A stretch of DNA of 64,000 nt from a virus, in the IMG/VR virus record IMGVR_UViG_3300045974_000399, positions 1 through 64,000 of that record. One strand, given 5' to 3'. The translations under genes and the position numbers were made by a program. Within the stretch, counting starts at the first letter, position 1; every line of letters starts with the position of its first letter. The notes below the pieces were generated by a model. The model saw nothing but the letters and a program-made list of their open reading frames with translations, did not search any database and was not told the DNA's origin. This document shows, piece after piece, positions 28,512 through 39,048 of this stretch.

Positions 28512-31500
28512 TTATACCAAACCAGCGGTAACCAGAAACAGGCCTAAATCATCTACTACGAAAGTGGCATCAGATAATGAGGGTGGTTTAGCTGGCTGAG
28601 CTAGCTGTGAGGACGCCATTGGCGGAGCACTCTTTATCTCAACACCCTTTTCAACGTCCTTATCGCCCGGATCGTGTGTTACTCTGCTTACCTTAAAAGG
28701 AGTTTCCTCCCTAGAAACAGGGAGTCCAATAGGCACCGTAGTATCATAGGCCTTGCGGGGAAAGGATGTTGCGTCATTAAGTAGCCGTGACGCAGTTATC
28801 TTTTCAGGCAACTCGGAGGCACTAACCGGTGGTCCAACAGCTTCCTGTCCCGGAGCTACAGCTACCGCTGCTTTTTCAGTAGGTTTTGTGGTAGTGGCTA
28901 TACTAGACTTATACGTGGGATAACCGATTGTTTTGGGTTCAGGCACAAGCTTTGAATACAGCTTACTTACCGTGCCAAATAAACCATTCTTAGACAATCC
29001 CTCAAGAGATAGTAAATCTAGAGTTGACTCAGGTTTTGCCTCCACAGGTTTCTGTTCAGGTGGCTTAGCACTAGCTACAGCTACCGCGGTCTTTGCCTTG
29101 AGTGGGCTAGGCCCAGATTCTGGTCTAGCCGTCTCTTTTCTTACAGATGCTGGCTTAGGTCTATCTTCAGGTGCTTCCTTATAAGATTCAGTTGAAATGG
29201 CAGCAGCAGTTTTGGGAGTAGTTCCAGGTTCTTTTGGTATTACTGGCCTTACTTCAGACTCAAGTGCTAGCCCGGATACTATCTCAGGTGCTATCGCTGT
29301 TGCCTCTAAATCTAACTTAGTCTCCGGAAGCATGACCGCAGGTTTTTCGTCTACGGCGGTCTTAACAGGCGCTCCTGCTGTAGGTAACACAGCAGCTTTA
29401 GCCTTTTCTGCTTTTGACTCAGCTGTTGGAAGTAAAGCATCTGTAAGTGGAGTATCAACCTTAGCGGCGGTTTTGTTGTCCATCGACAGACTATCTGCCA
29501 ATGACTTTCTTACTTCAGCTGGAGCTTTACCCACACCCAAAAGTAGGGGTGGCTTTGTCCAAGCCGCAGGTAATACATTTTTCTTTACGCCTGTGCTTCC
29601 GCCTTTACTCCCAGAACTTGACTCAAATATTACTATCTTTCCACTGTCATTCGATGCCACCATTGCTACGTGAGTTGGTGTAGTTGCGCTACGAGTATTA
29701 CCATCACGGTCAACGCTTGTTTTACCATTTCCAATGAATATTAAGTCTCCAGGTTGAGCATTAGCAAGCCCGATATCACCCTCAAGGAATCTATTCTCTT
29801 TCCTAGCCTTAGACATCTGGCCCATTGAACCGGCTCCTGCTTCAGCGCCCATTCTAGAGTATAGCTTACTTGTAAGCCCGGAGCAGTCAATACCGCCAGA
29901 TTCACCGCTCTTAGCTCCCCACTGATATTGCAACCCGGACAAATCTGCAGCATACGCGTCAACCGGTGTAGCTACCTTACCAGCGCTACCTCGGAAGTCA
30001 ACTCCAGCTAACTTGTCAAAAGCTTTACCGATGCCCCTACGAGCTTTTGTTCCGAAGCTCTCTTTTACAGGAGCACCTGCGGTAGGCTCGGGTGGATGTA
30101 AGGCATCATAAACAGAGGCACCTCCACCCCCTGTTGCTAGATCCGCAGCCGCGTTAGCAGCCTTCTTTGTTTCACCGACAGGGTCAGCCAGAAACTTACC
30201 GATACCCCCAAACAGCGTAGCAAAAAACCCACCTTCTTTATATGCGTCCACTGTAGTAGTATTTAGAGTGTTAAGGGTCTTGGAGTCAGCTACTGCTAGT
30301 TTACGCTCTGCATTCCACCTGTCAGCCGCTTTCTTATCCTGCATGTCCTTATCTCGGGACATGCTTATTGTAGATATAGCAGCAGGCTTAGTCTCAGAAG
30401 GTATTACCTTTGTGGTTTCGACAACCTGCTGAGCTAATGGAACCGCAGGAATATTCAGAGCTGACTTGGGTATATCAGCTGCGTAAGCCTCGCTAGGAGA
30501 AAAAGCTGAACTTATAGCTGAAGGTATCGCCGAAAGAGCCTCTACCTTTTTGTCATCTGTTTTCTCTTTTACTTCGACAGCTTCATCCAGTTTCTTTCCT
30601 TCTTTTTCTTCGGACTTGAATATCTTGTGGCTAAGGGCTTTCATTGACTTTTCGCCAACGATGCCCCCAACTATTGCGCCGATGGCTCCAGTGATAAGTG
30701 CAACAGGTCCACCTGGAGCACCAACAGCTGCGCCCAGTGTACCACCCAAAAGAGCGCCACCCATTGCCCCTCCACCTGTTGCTACGGCTCGGGCAGTTTT
30801 CACTCCTGTTGACTGATCCTTGTTTTCGTCGCTGGTATACTCTAGACCGCCTGAGACTACACCTGCAAGAGGAACCGCAATTTTCCCCAGTACTCTACCA
30901 CCGGCTTTAGCTATTCCCATAGCTCCAGCTGCGCCTTCAGCTCCCTTGACCGCAGTAGCCGCACCTTCAGCAGCAACGGCAACTCCCTCCGCACCTTTTG
31001 CAGCTGTGGCGGCACCTTCAGCACCTTTGGCTAATGTAGACGCTCCTTTGGCGCCACCCTTAACCGCTCCTGCCTTCTTAGGGTTTCTCTTGAAGAAGTC
31101 ATAGAGTCCACCACCTCCGGGTGACTGGAGGTCTATCGCCCTATGGATGCCCTTAAGCTCTTTTATGATTGTAGTAAGCTGATCTTCTGTTGTCTCTATG
31201 CTTTCAGCTACTAGCTCATTCTGTTCATCCTGTTTTGCTTCTCTTCTACTTTCTCCGATACCACCTGTAACTGAAGGGGTAGCTTGTGCTGAAGTAGCCT
31301 CGGCTGCAGAATGCGTGTGCTCCACGCTATCAGTTAATGCTTCAAGAACCGGCGCAGGTACCGCAGTACTAGGTAATCCCATAAGCTCAGACAACCTACG
31401 GGCCAATGCACCGATACCTGGCATAAGGGTATTATTTCGATTTATCGTTCTTTCAAATACAGAGTCTTCTGCATTGGCAGGGATAGCGTGCGGTACTTCT

Positions 31501-32330
31501 TCTACAGGTCTTCTTTCCAACCTAGTCGGTTCAGGAATAGCAACAGCAGTTTGTTCTTCTACTGATGCTGGCTCAACTGCAACCGCAGGTGCGCTTACGG
31601 GTTCTGCTGATCTTATTATCGGGTTGGAGCTTTCTCCGTAGGTCCTACCTAAGATTGATGCCAAAAGATTTACTGCTCTTTCACCTAGTAAACCTGCTCT
31701 GCCTAATTGATGCTCCACTGCTTCTGATCTATCTGGAGCAATTCTTTCGGTGGCAGCTAAAATACCAGTTCGACCCAAATTTCCAATACGTCTTGCCAAG
31801 GGTTCAATGTAAGGAACTACCCTAGCCATTATGGCAGGTGTAGCATCTACTGCTACTTTCCTTACCACGTCCTCAAATAGGGTCTTTAGCAAACCTTTAG
31901 GCTGAGTATTTTTATCAATTTTCTTAAGGGCTTCATGTATGAGAGTTAAAAGAGCCGCATTAGTTTTGAACCCCGTGCGTGTTACGTCTGCATGTTTTTT
32001 AGCATGCTCTTTCTTTTCTTTTCTCTCCTTCTTTTCTCCACTATGAACGCTTACGTTCTTTTCTTCCTTGGGTGCTTTTTCAACAGGAGCGGCTTCATCA
32101 CCTTTTAAGCCCTTCTTAGGAGACTCTTCCTTTGCGTGGCTTACCGATACGTGGATAGCTATCTTACCATCCGTTCTTACGTCTTTCACAGACACCAAAC
32201 GCTCAGAGGTACTCTCAGTAGACGGGGCTTCGCTACCGCCCAATCTACTGTGGAGTCTCCCTAAGCCAAGTTTGTGAACATGCTCTATATCTCTCGGTTT
32301 ACTACGCCGATCTTTATCAGTTGTGGACAT
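28512..32330 (-). CDS. tape-measure-like tail protein with NlpC/P60 peptidoglycan hydrolase domain
   Basis: Gly/Ala-rich TM hairpin; YQWGA..IDCSGL..PGDLIFI..HVAM catalytic motifs; downstream of tail chaperone. Confidence 0.75.
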   Translation of the reverse strand: MSTTDKDRRSKPRDIEHVHKLGLGRLHSRLGGSEAPSTESTSERLVSVKDVRTDGKIAIHVSVSHAKEESPKKGLKGDEAAPVEKAPKEEKNVSVHSGEKKERKEKKEHAKKHADVTRTGFKTNAALLTLIHEALKKIDKNTQPKGLLKTLFEDVVRKVAVDATPAIMARVVPYIEPLARRIGNLGRTGILAATERIAPDRSEAVEHQLGRAGLLGERAVNLLASILGRTYGESSNPIIRSAEPVSAPAVAVEPASVEEQTAVAIPEPTRLERRPVEEVPHAIPANAEDSVFERTINRNNTLMPGIGALARRLSELMGLPSTAVPAPVLEALTDSVEHTHSAAEATSAQATPSVTGGIGESRREAKQDEQNELVAESIETTEDQLTTIIKELKGIHRAIDLQSPGGGGLYDFFKRNPKKAGAVKGGAKGASTLAKGAEGAATAAKGAEGVAVAAEGAATAVKGAEGAAGAMGIAKAGGRVLGKIAVPLAGVVSGGLEYTSDENKDQSTGVKTARAVATGGGAMGGALLGGTLGAAVGAPGGPVALITGAIGAIVGGIVGEKSMKALSHKIFKSEEKEGKKLDEAVEVKEKTDDKKVEALSAIPSAISSAFSPSEAYAADIPKSALNIPAVPLAQQVVETTKVIPSETKPAAISTISMSRDKDMQDKKAADRWNAERKLAVADSKTLNTLNTTTVDAYKEGGFFATLFGGIGKFLADPVGETKKAANAAADLATGGGGASVYDALHPPEPTAGAPVKESFGTKARRGIGKAFDKLAGVDFRGSAGKVATPVDAYAADLSGLQYQWGAKSGESGGIDCSGLTSKLYSRMGAEAGAGSMGQMSKARKENRFLEGDIGLANAQPGDLIFIGNGKTSVDRDGNTRSATTPTHVAMVASNDSGKIVIFESSSGSKGGSTGVKKNVLPAAWTKPPLLLGVGKAPAEVRKSLADSLSMDNKTAAKVDTPLTDALLPTAESKAEKAKAAVLPTAGAPVKTAVDEKPAVMLPETKLDLEATAIAPEIVSGLALESEVRPVIPKEPGTTPKTAAAISTESYKEAPEDRPKPASVRKETARPESGPSPLKAKTAVAVASAKPPEQKPVEAKPESTLDLLSLEGLSKNGLFGTVSKLYSKLVPEPKTIGYPTYKSSIATTTKPTEKAAVAVAPGQEAVGPPVSASELPEKITASRLLNDATSFPRKAYDTTVPIGLPVSREETPFKVSRVTHDPGDKDVEKGVEIKSAPPMASSQLAQPAKPPSLSDATFVVDDLGLFLVTAGLV

Positions 32331-32335
32331 TAGGT

Positions 32336-32497
32336 TCACCTGGTCCTTTGTGTACTCTTTTTACGCTCAATATCTTCCACATAGGAGTCATACCAGTACA
32401 AAAGGCTTTTAACCGGAGTGAGATCATCCGTATGCCTATTACGCATTGAAGACAGAGTTATCTGAATATCGAGTATCTGCTTTTCAGTCAAGCTAGG
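32336..32497 (-). CDS. +1 frameshift extension of the tail assembly chaperone (53 aa)
   Basis: open +1 frame from TTT CCC TAG: PSLTEKQILDIQITLSSMRNRHTDDLTPVKSLLYWYDSYVEDIERKKSTQRTR*; exactly fills the gap to the next gene. Confidence 0.65.
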   Translation of the reverse strand, partial: PSLTEKQILDIQITLSSMRNRHTDDLTPVKSLLYWYDSYVEDIERKKSTQRTR

Positions 32498-33431
32498 GAA
32501 AGAAGGAAATATAATCCAGCACTAATTTCCTTCTTGAAGTCCCTCCACACTTCTGACAGGTAACATTGACGTATTCAGCAACGCCAAAATCAGTTAGCTC
32601 AGAAAGCAGCTCCTCAATTCCATCCTGAAGTGTGAAGTCAGGCTGACCTTCTAGTATATAAATCTTGTCCTTTAGTGTCTCCCCGTCTTTAATCCACTGA
32701 GCTAGTCCTACAATGTAAGCAGCTCCCTCAATGTCCATTATTTCTTCTTCTGTTAGCGTAGAGGTACCATTAAGAATCTGTTTCCTGCATTCCGAAAGCC
32801 TCTGATTAACTGACCAGACGTCCTCAAACAAACTCATCGAGGGCAAATCAATAGTTTCTGGAGCAGATATCTCATCGGGAAAAGTGTCAATGATAAGACT
32901 TGTCATACCCAGTGTGGACAAGTTCTTGTACCCACATTCAGCTCCCTCTTCATTTGGAACAGGCTCCTCCGCACTAACTAGACCGGAGGTTAGGAATGCT
33001 GGTACATTATCGCAGGTCCATTCAACCTTAAAGGGTTTCTTGGGATACGAATTGAGACGTAGCCAGTAAAGGCAATACTCGAAATCCTGTATCTTAAGAG
33101 AGAATACATCTTCAGATAGACATGCAGCTACTGCAGAAATAAGATACGTCAAGTTACCTGATTTCTTAGCCATGTATATAAGCTTGGCTTCTGAGGTACT
33201 GAATGGACGTATCCAGAGTTGCTTGAAAGCATAGAACCGATAAGAAGTGGGTATAGGGTCTAGTAATACATACCGACCATCATTCCGAACGAATGTCTTT
33301 GGTGGAGTGGCTTTTTCAGGTTTGGGTGATTCTTTTACAGCAGGAATAGCAGCTTCCAAAACTACAAGCTGTTCTGGTTGAGTTGTGAGCTTAGTAGATT
33401 TATCGGGTGACGCAATTAGTATCTTTCGCAT
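32493..33431 (-). CDS. tail/baseplate hub assembly chaperone (T4 gp26-like)
   Basis: IRPF..E, DFEY.L..LR.NSY, C..C Zn ligands, ends SFFP; lies between tube genes and tape measure. Confidence 0.75.
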   Translation of the reverse strand: MRKILIASPDKSTKLTTQPEQLVVLEAAIPAVKESPKPEKATPPKTFVRNDGRYVLLDPIPTSYRFYAFKQLWIRPFSTSEAKLIYMAKKSGNLTYLISAVAACLSEDVFSLKIQDFEYCLYWLRLNSYPKKPFKVEWTCDNVPAFLTSGLVSAEEPVPNEEGAECGYKNLSTLGMTSLIIDTFPDEISAPETIDLPSMSLFEDVWSVNQRLSECRKQILNGTSTLTEEEIMDIEGAAYIVGLAQWIKDGETLKDKIYILEGQPDFTLQDGIEELLSELTDFGVAEYVNVTCQKCGGTSRRKLVLDYISFFP

Positions 33432-33448
33432 GTATATCCCCTTTAGGG

Positions 33449-34012
33449 TTATCGAGTAATTGGTCTCTCTATCTTGCAGGAATCAACTGATAGAGTTACC
33501 TTTAGAGACAGTCGTTCTTCTGTAGAAGTAAGCGCCAGTGGTTCTATTTGGGTTGGCCATATCCCTGAGAGTATGGCAGTTGTAACGATGTTACCTGTTA
33601 TGTCAGACAAAAGGCTTGCCTCAAGACGTGCCTTATATACATCAGGTAACGTGTAACAACCTTCATAACCTGCTCCGCTCTCTAGGATAAGATTCTGCCA
33701 TTTTAGAACGCGATCCAGAGTGGTTCCCTGGTTATCTTCATACAGCGTTAAGACCGTTGAGTTAACGTTGTTGAATCCAGGAAAGTAAGTTTTGCTAGCT
33801 TGAATATGAACGTCCGTTATGTCAAAGTAAGGAAAAGGCATATCTATGGACTCGACATGCGTTTTTAACCAAGCATTGTCAAACAGCGTAGAATTATACG
33901 CTGCTCCCTTACCAATTGCCAGTGATCTAACCACCCAGTGCGTAGATAAGAGCGGAGAACCTAGACTATTTACGCTGGCAATATCTGTTAACCAAAGTCC
34001 GGCTCCAGCCAT
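33449..34012 (-). CDS. tail tube-like protein (gp19/gp54 fold)
   Basis: paralog-like to the adjacent tube (ESIDMP..LYED..WQ..GIWPT). Confidence 0.7.
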   Translation of the reverse strand: MAGAGLWLTDIASVNSLGSPLLSTHWVVRSLAIGKGAAYNSTLFDNAWLKTHVESIDMPFPYFDITDVHIQASKTYFPGFNNVNSTVLTLYEDNQGTTLDRVLKWQNLILESGAGYEGCYTLPDVYKARLEASLLSDITGNIVTTAILSGIWPTQIEPLALTSTEERLSLKVTLSVDSCKIERPITR

Positions 34013-34034
34013 GGCTGCACTCCCTATCTGAGAA

Positions 34035-34060
34035 AAGACGGGGCAACTACGCCCCGTCTT
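34035..34060 (-). terminator. terminator after tail tube gene
   Basis: aagacggggc/gccccgtctt stem. Confidence 0.7.
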
Positions 34061-34081
34061 CTCGGTGATTTCCCTCTGGTA

Positions 34082-34627
34082 TTAAATGCGCTCTACTTCA
34101 AAGTAGTCATACCTGAAGTTTGCGCTTACGTCCACGAAAGCCGCACTGGAGTTATCCAACGCGGTATCGGATACGTCCGTACACCAGAAGTTCTTGAACG
34201 TGATGATCTTGACAGGTGTTGCTCCGTCAATCTCATTATACACATTCAGCAGGGCACTCATTGCCAGATAACCGCCGGGGAGCTGATTTTTTCCGCCACT
34301 GAGCTGCGTCCGGTAGTCTCGGGCCGCTTGCACCCAGCCAAGCATGGATGAGTAGATTTCGAGAGCATTGCTTTCGTTGTAGGTAATGCCCAGTGTTCCT
34401 GGGAACGTTGTCCGTCCGGCGAAGTTCAGCTTGTACCCGTGAAGCGGCAATTCCTGCGGCTCATTGGTAAGGCCAGGCATGCTGATGGTCTTGCAGCGGA
34501 TCCGGAGTGCTTCTCGTGCAACCCGGTTACCGAAACCGGTAGGGATGCCTGTGAGAATCAACTCCCAGTTATCGGACATAAGAGGACTGTCGATTACTAG
34601 AGTTTCGTCAATGGTTATCCTTGCCAT
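34082..34627 (-). CDS. tail tube protein
   Basis: follows sheath; CKTISMPG..NFAGR..W..F.YDYF gp19-like pattern. Confidence 0.88.
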   Translation of the reverse strand: MARITIDETLVIDSPLMSDNWELILTGIPTGFGNRVAREALRIRCKTISMPGLTNEPQELPLHGYKLNFAGRTTFPGTLGITYNESNALEIYSSMLGWVQAARDYRTQLSGGKNQLPGGYLAMSALLNVYNEIDGATPVKIITFKNFWCTDVSDTALDNSSAAFVDVSANFRYDYFEVERI

Positions 34628-34658
34628 CTCTTTCTCCTTTATGTGATATGGTCGTTCT

Positions 34659-36497
34659 TTACTTCACGACGGCGATTGTGACACCAGTTCTGGTAAGGAT
34701 GAACCTGACGTAAGCGCGCTTGAGCGGCATTCTGGGGTTCAGGTAAATGTCGATGTTGAGGTTACCTGCATCGGCATCGTCCTGCGTGTTGTTCGACTTG
34801 TCGCAGATAATATCGTAGCTGATGAGTCCCTCTCCCAGTTTGATGGGGTCAAGCAGCGCAACCAGCCGGCCGAGAACTTCCTGCTTGAGAGCGTCTGACA
34901 ACGGATCGAACACCGTATGCAGGATGGTGATCTCAGTGTAGAAAGCCAGGAATAGCATGAGGCGCCGGATGCTAATGGTTGAAAGAACGGTTTCACGGAG
35001 CTGAAGGGTAACGTCACCCCAAACAAATATCCCCAGATTCGGGATTACCCGGGTCGGATTGATCTGACTCTCAACCAGAAGATCCCGAGCTGCTTGGTCA
35101 TAGGTAGCGCCTACATCCAGAATGTTGAGGTACGCACGCTTGATACCTGCCGGAGCAAACCAGGCTGCGGTGGTTCGGTCGGTTCGTGCGAAGATGGCCC
35201 CGAGATGCCCAGAAGGTGGAATCTGGATGACCGTATTATTGAAGGTGTCCTTGACCACGTACCATGGGGTATACAGAGCCCCATACGTAGAATCAGCATT
35301 ACCGAGATACGCTGCATCCGTACGATACTCGATGGGCTTGGTGGTAAGGTCGTAGCGGTCACCCTGAGCTGCACTGGAGATATCCAGAATGGCAAAAGCA
35401 TCCTGACGGTCCCGAGCCACGTTCATCATCTCTTTCTGAACTGCCGGGATGGTGTAGCCGCCGTTGATGAGGATGCTTGTTACTACACGCTCCTTACTCC
35501 GGTACAACTGCCAACCACTGATTTTCTTGGTGGGAGTAGCAAACACATCCGTAGGGAACTCATCCACACCGTTGAGGATATCCGCCATTTCACTAGAGGT
35601 GAAACCCAAGCCAGAGTCTCCGCCTTTAAGGATGGCAAGATGCGTGTCGGTAGCGTCCTTGGAGTAGACTGCGGGCGTACCTGTCGGAGCGGGAAGCAAG
35701 TATTCCGAGGCCGCAGCATTGGCACGAACTCGTATGTACTTGGACTTACTGTTGACAACGTCTTCGATGAACTGCTGGGCACCCATACCGCTCAACTGCT
35801 GCTTGAGGCTGACAACGAAGGTCTCCAGAACTTTCGGACTGGTTGCTACGTCAGCAGCACCCACCACACTCAGACGGAAGGTGTTGGGATTCGCCGCATC
35901 AGTTTTTCCCTTGACGTCGCTGATGATAACACGATAGTCAGAGGTACTGGTACGCGGGTCAACGCCGAACACCCAGAACAGGTCGATATTGTGGGTTGTA
36001 GCGCTGAGCGTGGCATCAATGTCGGTATCGAGAGGTTTAGCGAAGAAAGTGCTGGGGTTGTAGGGGTCAACAAACTTTCCAGTTGTCCAGGATTCGAGGC
36101 CAACCGTGACAACGGTAGTGCCCTGAGCGCCCTGCTGTCCTTGAGGACCTTGCGGCCCAAGCTGGGGCAGCGAGTTAAGTTTCACTGAAAGTCCGCCAAA
36201 GCGGGCATCCTTGTGAACACGGGTTACGAGAAGTGTGCGCATCTCGGTGAGGGCTTCAAGGGCGCAGTAAATTCCGTAATGCGACCCTGCGGCGGCAACG
36301 TTTACGTCAGGCGTACCGAACGTATCCAGCATCTGCTGGGTGCCTGTAATAGGCACAACCTGATCTACAGGCCCCTGCTTGGCAAAGATACAGATGGATC
36401 CAACTGAGGTATCGGGTGCTGTAGTTCCAGCCTTTTCCCCAGTGCGATCTTCTTCAGCAATGTAGACGCCAGCGCTTGCATGAATATTAGCTTTCAT
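34659..36497 (-). CDS. tail sheath protein
   Basis: AGVYIAEED, GPV, FGTP, R.D.FAILD, PPSG, WFAPAG, INP, IRRL. Confidence 0.95.
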   Translation of the reverse strand: MKANIHASAGVYIAEEDRTGEKAGTTAPDTSVGSICIFAKQGPVDQVVPITGTQQMLDTFGTPDVNVAAAGSHYGIYCALEALTEMRTLLVTRVHKDARFGGLSVKLNSLPQLGPQGPQGQQGAQGTTVVTVGLESWTTGKFVDPYNPSTFFAKPLDTDIDATLSATTHNIDLFWVFGVDPRTSTSDYRVIISDVKGKTDAANPNTFRLSVVGAADVATSPKVLETFVVSLKQQLSGMGAQQFIEDVVNSKSKYIRVRANAAASEYLLPAPTGTPAVYSKDATDTHLAILKGGDSGLGFTSSEMADILNGVDEFPTDVFATPTKKISGWQLYRSKERVVTSILINGGYTIPAVQKEMMNVARDRQDAFAILDISSAAQGDRYDLTTKPIEYRTDAAYLGNADSTYGALYTPWYVVKDTFNNTVIQIPPSGHLGAIFARTDRTTAAWFAPAGIKRAYLNILDVGATYDQAARDLLVESQINPTRVIPNLGIFVWGDVTLQLRETVLSTISIRRLMLFLAFYTEITILHTVFDPLSDALKQEVLGRLVALLDPIKLGEGLISYDIICDKSNNTQDDADAGNLNIDIYLNPRMPLKRAYVRFILTRTGVTIAVVK

Positions 36498-36527
36498 ACT
36501 AAGAGATCTCCTTTTCCTGGTTTTTTG

Positions 36528-36944
36528 TTACCGATTACGTTTGAGATATTTCTGAGGTCTGTCGTCCGCGGCTGATACATCGGCCGAGTCTTCAGATGTA
36601 TCTCCGACAGGTTCTTCTACACTGGGTTCTTCTACAAATGACCCTTCAAAGCTGGGTTCCACCTCAGATGCTTCCTCAGCTACAAACTCTGCTACTAACT
36701 GTTCCTCAGCCACAGAGTCTGTGGCTACTACTTCTGGAACTGCCTTGGAAACACTACCGTTAGCAGGATCTTGGTACACCAAACCTTCAAAGCGGAGTTC
36801 CTCTTCGGTATTAACTAGAGTAGCCTGCTCAATCAGGTCTGATTGCCCTGATGGTATACTTACCGCTTGTATACCGCCATCCGAGCTACGTACCTTTACT
36901 TCCTTGCCGATGGAACTGATGTTGTATACCCGTACAGTAACCAT
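36528..36944 (-). CDS. hypothetical virion protein with acidic tail
   Basis: AAGGAGG RBS before MVTVRVYN. Confidence 0.65.
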   Translation of the reverse strand: MVTVRVYNISSIGKEVKVRSSDGGIQAVSIPSGQSDLIEQATLVNTEEELRFEGLVYQDPANGSVSKAVPEVVATDSVAEEQLVAEFVAEEASEVEPSFEGSFVEEPSVEEPVGDTSEDSADVSAADDRPQKYLKRNR

Positions 36945-36966
36945 GAGCTCCTCCTTCGTGTATAAA

Positions 36967-37311
36967 TTATGTATCTGTGCTAAAATATGCACTAATGCCA
37001 GGAGTAGTGCCTGGCAGCTTGGGGAATACAGTTATCGTTCCAGGCTCACCATATAGCAAGAACAGCTCACTGCAGTCGATATCTATTGAAACCCCCGCTT
37101 TGGTCATGCGAAGGATAACTGTGCTCGCTGGAACTATACAAATGAACCCTTTTGCAACCAACTCTACTCCCGCATCGGTAACCGTGTGGTTGGCTACCCT
37201 GAAATTAGATCCAGTTACTCTGGCCCCAACTCTGGCCTCAAGTAAATTTCGGCGCGAATCCAACTCCGTGAATAGCAAGGAAAAAATTGTGGTTATTGCC
37301 TTATCGCCCAT
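36967..37311 (-). CDS. hypothetical structural protein
   Basis: GAGGA RBS; overlaps the upstream gene. Confidence 0.55.
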   Translation of the reverse strand: MGDKAITTIFSLLFTELDSRRNLLEARVGARVTGSNFRVANHTVTDAGVELVAKGFICIVPASTVILRMTKAGVSIDIDCSELFLLYGEPGTITVFPKLPGTTPGISAYFSTDT

Positions 37312-38047
37312 TTGCTTGTTCCTCGGTAACTCCAATCTCAGCAGCAGAGACAACTACCTCTTGACCTTTTTCGTCCCTAATGCGTATATTGGTAGTGACA
37401 TTGATGGTATCAACTGATTTCGCCAGCGTGGCAAATCCTAGTTTACAGTGCATCTCAAAGGACACAGACAAATGCCCTGCTTCTGGATCCGTATCATTGC
37501 TGGTGTCAAGCATTGGATCAGGTGTACTAATAGAACCTGACTTCTTTACTATCACTTCATACTCGGTACCGAATGCCCGCAAAACAAAGTTTAACGCCCT
37601 GCCCATATCCGCCAATAGTATACTTTGGCTTATCAAGAACAACCTTCGAGCATCATTGTCCATAACATGAAGCGTGAATTGCACCGTGCCCGGAAATACG
37701 TAGGCTACAGTTACTGGCGAATTTCGTATCCGACTACCTCTGTCGTATATACCAGAATGTGCTATTGCCGTATTATTTCCCTGAGCTCGGTCTATATCTA
37801 TGTCCGATACAACCAGGTAGGCATAGGGGTACTTAGGGTTATTACCAGAACGTTTTTGTAGTAGCTCCTTCACGCGCTCAGTAAAAACAATGTCGATAAC
37901 AGACTTTGTATCCAGGAGTCGATTAAATGCAGCGCGTACCCCATGAAAAGCCAACTCCAAGTAGGTTGTATCCTGAAGAGCTTTCAAGTTTGCATGACTA
38001 TACTTGGTAAGGGTAGAGTCAAAGACAAAGGTGCAGTCAGCGTTCAT
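37301..38047 (-). CDS. putative tail completion/neck protein
   Basis: KYPYAYL motif; position between capsid and sheath genes. Confidence 0.55.
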   Translation of the reverse strand: MNADCTFVFDSTLTKYSHANLKALQDTTYLELAFHGVRAAFNRLLDTKSVIDIVFTERVKELLQKRSGNNPKYPYAYLVVSDIDIDRAQGNNTAIAHSGIYDRGSRIRNSPVTVAYVFPGTVQFTLHVMDNDARRLFLISQSILLADMGRALNFVLRAFGTEYEVIVKKSGSISTPDPMLDTSNDTDPEAGHLSVSFEMHCKLGFATLAKSVDTINVTTNIRIRDEKGQEVVVSAAEIGVTEEQANGR

Positions 38048-38052
38048 AGCGG

Positions 38053-38355
38053 TTATTCCCCCATCCAGGGTAGCGTCTTCCGTACTCTTTCCAAAAGGTC
38101 TGCGTCCCCATTCCTTAGAAGGTTCTTGTACTTGTGCATCTGCTTAGTGTACGTAGCGTCTCCCTTCTGCTTATTCAAGAATGTATGCCACAAAGCATTT
38201 ACACCCCTTGGGTGTTTGGGAACGTGTAATCCACTTGAGGGGTTGTCCAATACAACTAGAACTTTAGCCGCCCCCGTCATCTCACCTTCTGTGTAAAGTT
38301 TATCTGAGGCTTGCAAAGCCATATACTTAAGTCGGAATCCTATAACTTTTAGCAT
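38053..38355 (-). CDS. hypothetical protein
   Basis: 100-aa ORF in the late operon with GAGGT RBS. Confidence 0.55.
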   Translation of the reverse strand: MLKVIGFRLKYMALQASDKLYTEGEMTGAAKVLVVLDNPSSGLHVPKHPRGVNALWHTFLNKQKGDATYTKQMHKYKNLLRNGDADLLERVRKTLPWMGE

Positions 38356-38358
38356 TGG

Positions 38359-39048
38359 CTAGACCTCGAATTTTTTGGTAGCCTTGGCAAGCGCCACTAT
38401 CTGCTGAGCAGATAAGGACTTGAGCTTGTTTAGCATTGAGTTGATAACGGACCGTACTCCGGGTTCATCAAACTCAGTCGGAAGAGACGCAGCATCACCT
38501 GAAAAAAGATTTGGAAATATTGAAACCAGAATGGGTATCTCTCTACGAACTTCCCAGTCTGCAGAACGGGCTTTCATGACCTTAAGTCTACTTCGGATTA
38601 TGCCCATGACATCTGAGCTGAGTTCAACTTCATCCGTTTCGACTATTGAGTCAAATTCAGGTACATCCTCATCAGAATCATTTACTACTTCCTCCTCAGG
38701 TTCATCTTCATCCGATATATCAATGGTTTCATCGTCATCTACATCCGAAGCTTGTTCTTTGACGAACTTGATAGCCGCCATAAGCGCGTCTCTATCATCT
38801 TTCGTCTCTTCAGCCAGTGATAGCGCAAGACTGAATGCTGACGCTGCCTCCTCATCTTCGGAAAGTTCAACCTGGCATATTTCATCTTCGGCACACTCAG
38901 CTAAACTAGCTAGGTGTGATTCAAAGGAACGAGAGTCAGATGCGGACGCAGCAGCAACAAATAAGCGTGCACTAGCTGAGACCTCACCGTGACGATATGC
39001 CTTCAGGGCTAGTAACAGCATATCTTCTGCAACCATACGTCCTTTCAT
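38359..39048 (-). CDS. acidic head-associated protein
   Basis: GGAGGAG RBS; directly after the major capsid gene. Confidence 0.65.
   Translation of the reverse strand: MKGRMVAEDMLLLALKAYRHGEVSASARLFVAAASASDSRSFESHLASLAECAEDEICQVELSEDEEAASAFSLALSLAEETKDDRDALMAAIKFVKEQASDVDDDETIDISDEDEPEEEVVNDSDEDVPEFDSIVETDEVELSSDVMGIIRSRLKVMKARSADWEVRREIPILVSIFPNLFSGDAASLPTEFDEPGVRSVINSMLNKLKSLSAQQIVALAKATKKFEV

Noticed and set aside
35094-36188. 364-aa + strand ORF
   Set aside because: Antisense shadow of the tail sheath gene
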